A stretch of 64,000 nt of DNA from Octopus vulgaris (taxonomy: Eukaryota). Of the stretch, positions 52,227 to 64,000 are shown piece after piece. The notes beneath the pieces were generated by a model. That model was not told the origin of the DNA. It was given only the letters and a program-made list of their open reading frames with translations, and searched no databases. Numbering within the stretch: the first letter of the stretch is position 1; every line of letters starts with the position of its first letter. Location: the NCBI GenBank assembly GCA_951406725.2, contig OX597816.1, forward strand, positions 15,810,001 to 15,874,000, given 5' to 3'. Both the position numbers and the translations under genes were made by a program.

Positions 52227-53036
52227 CAAATCGCCCGCTGGGGTACTAGACGCAGAGGACAAGTGGTTATGCTGAATGGAAGAAAGGAACCACGTCGTTG
52301 ATCTGTCTTACGTTTTGGTACTTATGAAACAAAGGGCTTAACGCTTGAATCGTTGGCAAGAGTTGGCAAGAGTACATTAAGCCAAAGACAACGAGCGAAG
52401 TTGAAACAGAGGCTGAAACTAACCAAGTCGGATGAGATTAAGAATGGTGCACACAACTGTAGAGGAAATGAATGAATCTGGAATGCTAAGTTATGATAAG
52501 GATTAAAAGGTCTTTGAAGTGTGTGGAGACAAGTGGAGAAAGAAGGAACAGATACCATTTAAGGTCATGGTGAGAAACTGAAAGGAAGAAACCGAGGACA
52601 TATAGAGGAGATACTAAAAGTTATTACCAATTGGCTACAGAAAGACCGACCCATATTATTGCAAGTTGTTAGGAGGGCGGTGTAAGTCCATGATAGCCTA
52701 CTGTAGGCACGTAAAGAAGGTGTGGATTGCAAACAGTTTCCTCAAATTACCAGTTTTACAGTTAAATATATGCTGGTGGAGTTAAAGAAACAGCAGTGAC
52801 CTTACACGATATGTAACATTACCAAAAATATAAAGATTGGGTTTCCTAGTCAAGGTTAGAAAATACGTGGCTGTGTGGTAAGTAGCTTGCTTACCAACCA
52901 CATGGTTCCGGGTTCACTCTCACTGCGTGGGACCTTGAGCAAGTGGTTTCTACTATAGCTTCGGGCAGACCAAAGCCTTGTGAGTGGATTTGGTAGACGT
53001 AAACTGAAAGAAGCCCGTCGTGTGTATGTATGTATG

Positions 53037-53132
<96 letters not shown>

Positions 53133-53277
53133 GGGCATTATTACACATAAATGCCTCACATTAAGAGGGACATGTCATTACTACCAAAATTTCACTAATC
53201 ATACCCAATGCAGTTTTTCAAAGCAAGACATTTAAAAAATGAATTTAGTCCTATATCACCTGTGATTTCGCACTTAC

Positions 53278-53410
53278 CGCATAAAATGCGTCTATGCTCA
53301 TCGGTAGAACTGATTCTGAACACATCATCAATAAACGACCAACACTAACTGGCGAAGTCGAACAGGCAACTGCTCTCTCCGTCGAAGCACATGGAGATGT
53401 TTATAAATCA
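53278..53410 (-). other. Candidate first exon
   Basis: Consensus donor GCG|gtaagt at 53278/53277 in CpG-rich unique DNA; the start is approximate. Confidence 0.35.
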
Positions 53411-53414
53411 TATA

Positions 53415-53575
53415 TTCGGTAAATGGCGGGCTTATTCGAACTGCATTTCGGAATAAATTTAACAATTTTATCATTCAAAATAAATTTAACAATTTTATCA
53501 AAATAAATTTAACAATTTTATCATTCAAAATTCAAATTAGGATAGACTATTATATGATTAAAAATGGCGCAAAGG
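53415..53575 (+). promoter_or_regulatory. Putative promoter zone with two YY1-like motifs around a 27-bp tandem triplet
   Basis: aaatggcggg at 53421 and aaaatggcgc at 53561; aataaatttaacaattttatcattcaa x3 at 53452-53530. Confidence 0.35.
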
Positions 53576-53692
53576 CAATTACTAATATTTCGAATGCATT
53601 TAATACGTACGTCTCAAGAGCTTACGTAACAACTTGTTACGTGTGTAAAATTTGATGTAAAACTCTGCTGTCTCTTAATTTCTTTCACCTTT

Positions 53693-53725
53693 TCTCTGAA
53701 GAAGGATTCTGTCCGAAACGTTGGA
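53693..53725 (+). ncRNA. Candidate minimal hammerhead motif
   Basis: tct-CTGAAGA-a-gga(ttctg)tcc-GAAA-cg-TT-gga; stem I is only 3 bp. Confidence 0.45.
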
Positions 53726-54287
53726 TTTTTCACTAGTCACAAGTTCACTTTACTCCTTTTGTTGATTTTGTTAAATAATACAAGTCTTGCCGGCTCAAAC
53801 TATCTTCAGTCATTTTGAAGTCTGATATACGGAGCTTTTAACTGGTAGAAAAATAGGAGTTGAATGTTAATCCCAAAGCTGTGACCAAAACATCTGGTAA
53901 AGGGACTGCATTAAAGCAAGCCAATGAATACACACACCTGTGTGTGTTTGCTTTTATATCGACGTTATACATTAAAACAATTTAATATTAAACTGAAGGA
54001 CTACTTAATATTTTTTATACAGTATGATGAAGGCGAAGAAGCGAAAACTTTATAATCACTCTCAACATTTTCCGTGTTAAGGTTTATATATGAAGATACG
54101 TTGAAAGTAGTTCAGCTGGTCTCCTTCTATGTCCACGATGAAACAGTGTAGAAGGCTGTAATTTATTACTATCAACTGCATTTCATTAACTTTAATTAAT
54201 TTACACTCAAAATTTTGCCTTAAAATCTAGTTATTCTACATCAAAAACGAACACTGCTGACATGTCAGTATATTATTTATGACAAAG

Positions 54288-54701
54288 GAGGGCGGTGTGC
54301 TGACAGAATCGTTAGCATGCCGGGCGAAATGTGTAGCTGTATTTCGTCTGCCGTTACATTCTGAGTTCAAATTCCGCCGAGGTCGACTTTGCCTTTCATC
54401 CTTTCGGGGTCGATAAATTAAGTACCAGTTACACACTGGGGTCGATGTAATCGACTTAATCCCCTTGTCTGTCCTTGTTTGTCCTCTCTGTGTTTATCCC
54501 CTTGTAGGTAGTAAAGAAATAGGTATTTCGTCTGCCGCTACGTTCTGAGTTCAAATTCCGCCGAGGTTGACTTTGCCTTTCAACCTTTCGGGGTCGATAA
54601 ATTAAGCACTAGTTACGCACTGGGGTGGATGTAATCGACTTAATCCCCTTGTCTGCCTCCTCTGTGTTTAGCCCCCTGTAGGCAATAAAGAAATAAAAGT
54701 A
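54288..54701 (+). mobile_element. SINE B dimer with 10-bp TSD
   Basis: tatgacaaag at 54278 and 54702; same internal junction as the 48507 copy. Confidence 0.9.
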
Positions 54702-55660
54702 TATGACAAAGAGAGAGAGAGATACGTAAGGGCTGTGTGATTATACGTGCACACATACTACCAGAAAGAGAGCTTGCTTTTTAACTAAGTTTGTGCGCGT
54801 TGTAGCGCATACACTCACATGCACAGTTAAGAACTATATCCTATTTTACAAGTAGGCGAGCTTACATCTATACACACATTTTATATTGTGTGTGTATATA
54901 TGTGTATAGAAAATAAAGTCTTTAAAAAATATACGTTACTGACAAACGAAAGTTGCTTATCTAGGTTTCCTAATTTGACCTGCCAACTTGAATCAAGAAG
55001 GTCAGTTGACGTAAAGTTTAAATAAACGCAAAAGATAATCTTTTTAGTCATTTTTTTGTGTCTTTTGCATGCGTGCACGCGAGAGTGTACGTGACTGTGC
55101 ATTTGTGTGTGTGTGTGTGCATGTGTGTGTTTCAAATTTTATTCTAGACTCCAAAATAATGTAATGTGTGCGTGCATATATCCTCTTCAATTATGCTATT
55201 TGCATATGAATGTTATAATTAGCCATTTAGATAATGATGGTTCTCGTCATTATGTGTGTAGGTTTAATTAATTAAAATTCATTAGCTTATCAAGATCAAA
55301 ATATACTAGTGCCGACTTTGTTATAATTAAATTGTTAGCCAGATGAATATAGCTAAATATAACAAGTAAACTAAGAGCAGAGACGGTTTTATGGAGGGTA
55401 ATTTCTCAGGCCTCTTTGTTGGGGGACTTGCCTCATAGCTCTCTTGTCTGAGATAAGTCTAATTAATTTGATTAGAATTTGAGATTAGTTTATTAATTTT
55501 TTTAATGTTTAATGTGGTTTACTTGTTTTGTTAAACATTGGCCTGAGGTTTTCGTACAGGATGTGGTAAAATATCTTTGCACGAGTGTGTTGGGCGTTAC
55601 GTCAAATGCTGCAATGGTTGCTGTGTTAGTTATTTCTTCACACAGAATTTTTTTAAAGAT

Positions 55661-55847
55661 AGGCGCGGGGTGACTGTGTGGTAAGTAGCTTGCTTACCAA
55701 CCACATGGTTCCAGATTCACTCCCACTGCGTGACACCTTGGGCATGTGTTTTCTACTATAGCATCGGGCCGACCAAAGCTTTGTGAGTAGACTTGGTAGA
55801 CGGAAACTGAAAGAAGCCCGTCGTATATATGTATATATATATGTGTG

Positions 55848-55931
<84 letters not shown>

Positions 55932-56163
55932 TGTCTGTGTGGGGGGGGGCTGTATATGTTTGTGTGTGTGTTTGTTCCTCAAACATCGCTTGACAATCAA
56001 CACTGGTGTGTTTACATCCCTGTAACTTAGCGGTTCGGCAAAAATGACTGAAAGAATAAGAACTAGGCTTACAAAGAATAAGTCCTGGGGTCGATTTTCT
56101 TGACTAAAGGCGGTGCTCCAGCATGGCCAAAGTCAAATGACTGAAACAAGTAAAAGAATAAAG
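55661..56163 (+). mobile_element. SINE family A
   Basis: Full length. Confidence 0.9.
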
Positions 56164-56164
56164 A

Positions 56165-56320
56165 TAATCAAACCAAATGTTCATCATTTCGAGCCAATGA
56201 GTATTTCTGCCAAATGCAGTGAAAATCCGTTCAGCCGTTTTCCAGTAATTTTGCAAACACAGACAGACAAAGACGAGTGATTACAATACCCTGCTTTCGC
56301 TTACATGCACAAGGTAATAA
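56165..56320 (+). mobile_element. Possible Helentron/HINE-like 3' fragment
   Basis: gaaaatccgttcagccgttt...acagacagac...ttacaataccc...aaggtaataa architecture. Confidence 0.4.
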
Positions 56321-56759
56321 ATGAAAACGGTAACGTATTAGCTACACGAAGGTATTGTTAATATTTGACTAACTTTATTAGCGTCACGTCAATGGCCATA
56401 CAAACTATGGGGTGTTTTTCCGTCTCACCCTTTACATTATTAAAAAACCTTTATAGCAACTCAGCTAAATTAACTTGTCAGGTTTGGCATTTAACATTTA
56501 CATATAACATTTAAGATTCGAGCATTTTTAATATTTCTTTCTTTTTTTTAACATTTATTATAAACAGCAGGTTTTGTGTTTGTTTTTGCATTTAACCTTT
56601 GCATGTCTATGTATGTTTATCTTGTCAATTCTGATTACATACAATAAACAGACTATTGTAGATTTGGTGATCTGTGTATTTTGTGAAAGAGGGCCAACTA
56701 AAACTGAAGTACCTTGGGCCCCATCACCCCCTTGATTCAATAATAATAATAACAACAAA

Positions 56760-57345
56760 CACTACAAAATCAGCACCCCTGCTTACTGGTATGAACATCA
56801 TCCTGAGCCAGTCGTTGAAGATAAAAATGCCACTATCCTCTGGGATTTTCCAGTCAACACTGGCAAAACGATCAAGGCTAATTGACCTGACATAATTATT
56901 AAAAACAAGGAAGAAAATACTTGTAGGCTTATAGCTGTAAGTGTTCCCACTGATAAGAATATATCTATAAAGGAATTTGACAAACTAAGTAAATATAAGG
57001 ACCTGGAAATTGAAATACAAAAGATGTGGTATCTTAAAATGAGAACTGTTCCTGCTACTGTAGATGTCCTAGGTGTGATAAAAGAGGGATGCCAGAAACA
57101 TCTAGATAAGATTTCAGGAGAAACATGCCTCAAAGAAATCTAAAAGATTGTACTGACAAGCACTGCCCACATCCTTAGACAAACCCTATCCATTTGTTAT
57201 ATGAAGATATTTCACCAAGCCTTCAGTCATACTGTAACATCTCTTAGCCTTCACTCGCCCCAGGATGCTGGGTGTGCCTCAGCAAGTGACTGTCACAAAC
57301 ATGCAGATTAAAAGTAAACAATAAAAACAATAGTAATAATAATAA
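56760..57345 (+). pseudogene. R4/Dong-like LINE 3' relic (restriction-like endonuclease)
   Basis: WYEHHPEPVVEDKNATILWDFPVNTGKTIKAN*PDIIIKNK...SVPTDKNISIKEFDKLSKYKDLEIEIQKMW...LRQTLSI, followed by an (AAT)n tail. Confidence 0.9.
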
Positions 57346-57991
57346 AATACCCTGATGCAGTACCAGACAGTGGGTCTTAAGTGACTGGAAGTGTTATCAT
57401 GTATATTGTTTTGTCTTGGTATAAAAGATGGGCTTCAGTAAATATTCTGCTCAATACCACAGTTTTGCCTGACCTTAACCAGTTGAGCATGTCTCTTTGT
57501 GGCTGACGATATGTGTATCTCTGATTACAAGCAGAAGTAGTGGGGGAGCATCATAGTCATGTGTTGAGAGGAATTCTTTGGAGTGAATAATTCACCTCTG
57601 AAAACATGGGTGTTTCATTCAACATTTATAAACAACCCTTATTCAAGGACCTTTTGAGTAGGATGGGCTATTCGACCTGAAGAAAATTCTAACAGGGCCC
57701 CACCTGCAAGATCATACGCTGTTTACCTTGATATGAGATCACCATGTCGTGCACAAATGATTGTGATGCATGTGCCTGGTGTACCCTTATCAGACAGGTA
57801 GTCATGATGGGTATACTGGGGTTCATATATTTCACCCCAGTGTCACTTTGAAGACATGCACTGCTCTCTCACTCAATAATATTAATAACTGATTGGCACC
57901 TTGGATAAATGTCTTTCCCTTTAGCTCCGAGTTAACCAAAGCGTTTTGGGTGAATTTCTTAGAAGAAAACCGAAAGAAGCCTGCTGTGTGT

Positions 57992-58025
<34 letters not shown>

Positions 58026-58079
58026 AAGAGAATGTGCGTGCGTGTGCATGCGTGTTTTCATGTGCGTGTACATATTTTA

Positions 58080-58395
58080 AAAAACATTCGGGCGAGGTCG
58101 TTGCCAGTGCCCCTGGACCAGCTCTTGTGCAAGTGGCACGTAAAAAACACCATTTGAGCATGGCCATTGCCAGTACCACCTGACTGGCCCTCGTGCTGGT
58201 GGCACATAAAGGCACCCACTACACTCTCGGAGTGGTTGGCATTAGGAAGGAAGGGCATCCAGTTGTAGAAACTCTGCCAGATCAAGATTGGAGCCTGGTG
58301 CAGCCATCTGGTTCACCAGTCCTCAGTCAAATCGTCCAACCCATGCTGGCATGGAAAGCAGACGTTAAATGATGATGATGATGATGATGATGATG
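58080..58395 (+). mobile_element. Family C copy
   Basis: Long (GAT)n tail. Confidence 0.85.
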
Positions 58396-59051
58396 ACATC
58401 TGTACCTCCTCGTTTTGACATAGCATGATAGTTGTAAACAAGTGTTACTGTCCTAGAAGCCGTGTCTTTACTCTCCAATCTTCCATGAAAATATTTCCAG
58501 TCACAGGGGTGGGGAAATATTACCCTACTTAGAAGCAATTGTGGATTGGAGGGCAAGAAGGTCATCCAGAAAACTCTTCCATAAATTCCATGCGACTCAT
58601 GCCAGCATGGAAAAATGGATGTTAAAACGACAATGGTAAGGAGATTCCAATGGCAGTAACTTACTGGAGGTTTTTATGTATTGGATGACATATTCTTAAA
58701 ATTTCCCTCTTCATTGAAGAAAGAAAAACACCTAGCATCAATTGTTAGAGATTTTCAAAAGAGAGAGAAGGTAATTCATAGAAGTTAATTGCACAAATAT
58801 TTCAATTTATGCTTAAGACCAATCATATGTTCATAAGTAAAACAACAGCTGCAAACATGTTCTGGACTTATTAAAGCTCATCAGCATAGTATACCAAATG
58901 GAAAGGCATATTTCAATCCATTGAGAATTCTTTAGCATCTGTCATTCAGTACATCACCACCTACATGCATTGATTAAATTCTCACCTTTAGTCTATTTAT
59001 GTCACTTCACCTTACCTGTTACTTTTTTCAGTCATTGGAGTGTAACCATGT

Positions 59052-59782
59052 CAAGGCCTGGCCAAATCAAATTACATTGCAGACCACTTTAATCACAGAA
59101 AAATTTTTGTGGGCCACTTGTATACTGACAGAATTGAAAGCATTTTGCTTTCTCTTGTTAGTTTTACAATAATGAATGAATGACAGTTGATTCATCATCA
59201 TCATCATCATCGTTTAACGTCCGCTTTCCATGCTAGCATGGGTTGGACGATTTTGACTGAGGGCTGGCGAACCAGATGGCTGCACCAGGCTCCAATCTTG
59301 ATCTGGCAGAGTTTCTACAGCCGGATGCCCTTCCTAATGCCAACCACTCTGAGAGTGTAGTGGGTGCTTTTTACGTGCCACCAGCACGGGGGCCAGTCAG
59401 GTGGTACTGGCAATGACCTCACTCGTATCTTTTTATAGATGCCACCGGCACAGGTGCCAGTAAGGCGACGTTGGTAACGATGAAGCTCGAATGGTGCCCT
59501 TTTATGTGCCACTAGCACAGAAGCCAGTTGGCTGCTCTGGCAACGATCACGCTCGGATGGTGCTCTTAGCACCCTACTAGCATGAGCACAACCAACATGA
59601 AATATTATGGTTGCAAAGACAGTAGATCTTTCTTTTTTACTTTTCATTACAATCTTTAATTTTTGATAAAATTTTTAAAATGTTTGTTTAAATAAACCCA
59701 CTTCAAGAAAGTATCAAGCGGGCCGCAAGATAAAAGTTGGCGGGCCACATGCTGCCTTCAGGCATCAGGTTGGCCAGCCCTG
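59052..59782. mobile_element. hAT-type MITE containing a family C insertion (59192-59595, minus)
   Basis: caaggcctggccaa / ttggccagccctg termini; gcgggccgc subterminal motifs. Confidence 0.55.
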
Positions 59783-60489
59783 GTTTAGTCGAACAAGTCA
59801 ACCCCAGTACCCTTTTTTAAGTCTTGTACTTATTCTATCAGTCTCAGTAGTCTGTTCCGTTTTTTGTCTTTTTCTTCTTTTTTAATTATTGAATTTACAC
59901 TGGCCAATGTTCTAACGATTTTGCCATCTCTACGCCTTAATAATGGCTAATTTAGACACAAGGCTAATACTTTTGATAAGAGGGGCCCAATCAATTAAGG
60001 TCAACCCCAATACACAACAGTCTCTGTTGTCAAGTACCTGAGTTATGGGGATATAAAGGTTCTTTTCTGCTTGGCTGCAGCCAAAGAGAAAAGATCCGAC
60101 ATAAACAACTCAACACTAAATGTCATGCGATGGAAGATAGTGGTCAATCTAGGGCTATAGATGAATATGCTTGGCCTAGTTGCTATGAAACATGTGGTTG
60201 TCTGGGGGGGTCTTTTTTTTTTTTTTATTATTGAATTCACACTGGCCAAGCATTTTCTGAAAATCTTTTATCAGCCAATCAAAGCTTGCTAACATGTACT
60301 TGCCAGCCTGTCTGCCTGCCTACTTGTCTATTGAGAGATGTTATAGGAAGCTGACAAAGAAAGAACTGTATTAATTATCCTTTGGTAGATTTATGACAAG
60401 TGATAAAAGTCTGCATATTTATGAAAGGTAATTGTCCAGTTCCGCATTACTGATTGCTGTTTAGTGAAAGGGGTTATCATGAGAACACA

Positions 60490-60930
60490 GAGAGCAGGAG
60501 AGAAGATAAGGGAGGAAGTGAGGTGAGGGAGAAAAATGGATGATAAATCATAGTGAGTAAGAAAGTGAAAGAAATAATGAATGGAGGGAGAAAGAGAAAA
60601 AGGGAATGAATTGCGAGGGGGAGGGGGGAAGGAATGGTAAGACAAAGAAGGGGAAGGAATGGTAAGACAAAGAAAGAGAAGGAATAAAGAGAGAAATAGA
60701 AAGAATGAATGACATGCATGAGAGAGAGAGAGAGCGGAAAGAACGAATGATATGAGAGACAGGGAGAAAGACTGGTGTGTGAAAGACAGAAGAGGAGAAG
60801 TAAAAAGGAAGAAAATTATGTAAGAGAAAGAGAATAGATAACATGAGAGAGAGAGAGAGAGAGAGAAAGAGGACAAGAGAGAGAGAGAAAGAGGACAAAA
60901 TACACGAGGGAGAAAGGAGTTGGATGGACG
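60490..60930 (+). repeat. Purine-rich low-complexity tract
   Basis: Direct reading. Confidence 0.8.
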
Positions 60931-61225
60931 AAATGCTCATGCATATTTAAAAGCTGATAGTTTGTAGTTTCCATTCACTGTTAGTGTTATTGCTATGAAG
61001 CAGACATCATACTATCTTGGAAAGGTTAAAATACTTGTTTTAGTTAACAATCTATCGCCACCTCAAATGACTCCCACTGCCCCTGGGGGGGTCAGAGTGT
61101 TTTTTTAAAAAAGGTAATTACCTCTGGTTTCCATCGGCACATGTCGAGAGATAGGATTAAGAATTTCACATTGAAACTCTTTGGTTTTGGAGTAAATCCA
61201 CTGCTTGGTACTCTTTGGTAAATAT

Positions 61226-61432
61226 CTTTTACTCTTTTACTTGTTTCAGTCATTTGACTGTGGCCATGCTGGAGCACTGCCTTTAGTTGAGCAAATCAAC
61301 CCCAGGATTTATTCTTTGTAAGCTTAGTACTTATTCTATCGGTCTCTTTTGCCGAACTGCTAAACACACCACCATCGGTTGTCAAGCGATGTTGGGGGAC
61401 TAACACAAACATATAAACACACACACACACGC

Positions 61433-61479
<47 letters not shown>

Positions 61480-61494
61480 CACACACACACACAC

Positions 61495-61544
<50 letters not shown>

Positions 61545-61782
61545 ACACACACATACACACACACACATACACACACACACATACACATATATATATATAT
61601 AAATATATACACACATATATACGACGGGTTTTCAGTTTCCATCTACCAAATCCACTCACAAGGCTTTGGTCGGCCCGAGGCTATAGTAGAAGATACTTGC
61701 ACAAGGTGCCAGGCAGTGGGAATGAACCTGGAACCATGTGGTTGGTAAGCAAGCTACTTACCACACAGCCACTCCTGCACCT
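61226..61782 (-). mobile_element. SINE family A with expanded internal microsatellite
   Basis: Full length. Confidence 0.9.
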
Positions 61783-63039
61783 GCTTTGGACAGGCAAAGG
61801 GTTAACCCTCAAACTGCATATTAACCCACCCCTCGTATTATTTAAGTATTAAAAACCTTGAATCTCAACATCTGGCAAAAAACACTGATTTTCCATTTTC
61901 AGCAATCAAATCTAAAAATTAATAATAATCAAAGTTGCCTGAGAGGATTAATATTTTGATGTTTTATTGACATCAAAATATTTACACAAAAATGTAAAAA
62001 TTATCTTTTATCTAAGATTTTTCTAAAAATAAATCAGTTAGTCAAATGACTTTGATTTACTTTTTTTTTTGTTGTTGTTTATCCAGTTTTTTCTGTTTTA
62101 GTATAAAGTTCATATACTTAATGTTCTATTTTTAAAATTATGGTTTTTTAACACTTATCGTTTGTTCACTCCATTTTATCTGCGCTTGCTTTCATTTGTG
62201 CTTTTCACCATGTATGTATATACGTGTATATGTGAGTATATCTGTGTTTCATTTACTATACCTTTCATTCTCCCACTTAAGTCACTGACATGCGTACATG
62301 CACACAGACACATACACACAAACACAGACCTTTCATTTTATCTCTAGTGGCTTTTTATCTTTTGTTGTTTTTATCACCTTTACTTGCCTTTTTTTAAAGT
62401 CATGTTCATGAAGATTATGTGTGTGTGCGTGCATGCATACATATATATGCATGCAGAATGTATATGTATGTGAAGCAGATGGCAGCTTCAGATAAGTATT
62501 CTTGCCAGTCACACACTTCAAGAGTTTTACACTCATTTGATTGTTTACAAAAAGTAAAAATGAATAAAGAAAAAATAACTGCCAACTTGTTGATAATGAG
62601 TTCAAATCTACGAAGTATTTTGTTTTTGGACAAAACAATATCACCTTAGTTCACTCATTTGCACAGACACACACAAACACACACACATGCAATCAAAAAC
62701 AATATCAATGCAGTTTATTCTAGACACCTTGTCCATGAAAAGTGGAATTTCTGTTTAATTTGGTTTAACACTAAGGAAGTCAGAACTTATTAACGACCAG
62801 TTCTTCTCAATTTGACTTCTGTTTAAATGATTTCATTCACATCTAAGATGCATCATAGAAATGTTTATTCTAAATAATCTGCTGTTCCTAAATCCATTTT
62901 GTGAAGAGGACTGAATTGCAAAAAGCTGAGAGCTACTTTAGAATGAAAAACATTGCAGGATTTGGGTCTCATATAAAAAAGGGGGTATTGAACTGCAAAA
63001 CTTGTCTGACATTCTGTTTACCATAAAACATTCCTGATT

Positions 63040-64000
63040 TCTATCCTTATTGAATGTGGAAGGCAAGATTTTTATGGGAATTCTTTCGAGGAGAAAGGAG
63101 ACATATTTACAGAGAAAGGGACATGTTGATGAATCTGTTCAAATCCCTGGATGCATTGGACACTAAAGCATATACCTACCGAAGGAGGCCAATGCAGAGA
63201 CTATAAAACAGTTTAGGCCGATATCCTTATTGAATGTGGAAGGCAAGAAATTTATGGGAATTCTTTCGAGGAGTAATGGATATGTTGTTCAAAAGGCCGG
63301 AATCCCCGGGATCCCCGGATGCGTTGAACACTTTTTATTTGGAAAGTGATCCAGGATATCAAACAGAACAAGAGAAGTCTGAACGTGGTATGGCTTGACC
63401 TAGCTAATGCATATGGCTCAGTACCACGCAAATATCTGATGAGAGGCATGGACCACTTCCATGCCTCTCATTCCAGAAAAAGTAACCAAAATAATGAGGA
63501 TGTATTATGACAGTTTTGAGATGAGGATTACAGCTGGAAATTTTACAACAGATTGGCACCAATTGGAGATTGGCATTGCTGCTGGCTGTACAATATCTGT
63601 CACGGGGTTTATCTTAATCATGGAGATGATTTTGAAAGCCGTGGAATGTTTGGAACAAATCACCCATGTACAATCGCCTAAGAAAGCCTTCATGAATGAT
63701 GTGACACTTTTTTATCTACAGATAAGCAAATCATGCAGAATGCCCTCTTGAGACTAGACGAGCTTGTGAGGTGGTCAAGGATGCAGTTTAGAGAAAAAAG
63801 TTGCGTAGTCTGACATTTGTTAAGGGAGTGCAGAAAGAATTTAAGTTTTAAGTAGCTGAAGAAAGCATTCCAACAGTCAAAGAAGAACCTGTCAAGAGCT
63901 TGGGGCGAGTATGTACTGGAACATTGTCAGATAGGAGTTGCGGAATGGAAATTATGAAACAAGCCAAGGTTGGATTATCAGCAATTGATAACTCAAAGTT
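63040..64000 (+). pseudogene. HERO-like non-LTR retrotransposon reverse transcriptase relic
   Basis: FRPISLLNVEGK; VQKAGIPGIPGCVEH; VVWLDLANAYGSVP; LEIGIAAGCTISV; AFMNDVT (the catalytic DD is mutated). Frameshifted and running off the window. Confidence 0.85.

Noticed and set aside
52230-52660. Possible decayed RTE 3' coding region
   Set aside because: Only faint motif resemblance; it cannot be supported by eye.
54023-54081. Plus-strand exon starting MMKAKKRK
   Set aside because: Stops after 18 codons, and the other frames are closed too.
63461-63751. Active reverse transcriptase
   Set aside because: Frameshifts flank the ORF and the catalytic motif reads FMND rather than FMDD.

Overview
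AT-rich eukaryotic (animal) genomic DNA, dominated by microsatellites and interspersed repeats. The repeat families look to me like those of octopus/coleoid cephalopod genomes, which is recognition and has not been verified. Nearly all listed ORFs are artefacts of (TA)n/(CA)n/(GA)n tracts or SINEs, and no intact multi-exon protein-coding gene can be identified. Supported content: three abundant short retroposon families (tRNA-headed A and B, and an RTE-tailed C) plus a fourth tRNA-headed SINE; relics of R4/Dong-like and HERO-like RLE LINEs, CR1 and RTE LINEs; hAT and mariner transposase relics; non-autonomous Helitrons; and piggyBac-, Merlin-, Tc1/mariner- and hAT-type MITEs. The most notable observations are: (1) a fold-back element carrying a U3-A8 covariant minimal hammerhead-ribozyme motif, plus several other Penelope-type hammerhead-like motifs; (2) a 30/60-bp higher-order minisatellite apparently grown from the last codons of an RTE ORF; (3) a SINE insertion that captured an inverted copy of nearby DNA; (4) a piggyBac-MITE dimer with an identical spacer at two loci; (5) a chain of candidate minus-strand exons, mostly non-coding, running from a CpG-rich putative promoter zone (about 43-54 kb) to a possible start codon at 115.
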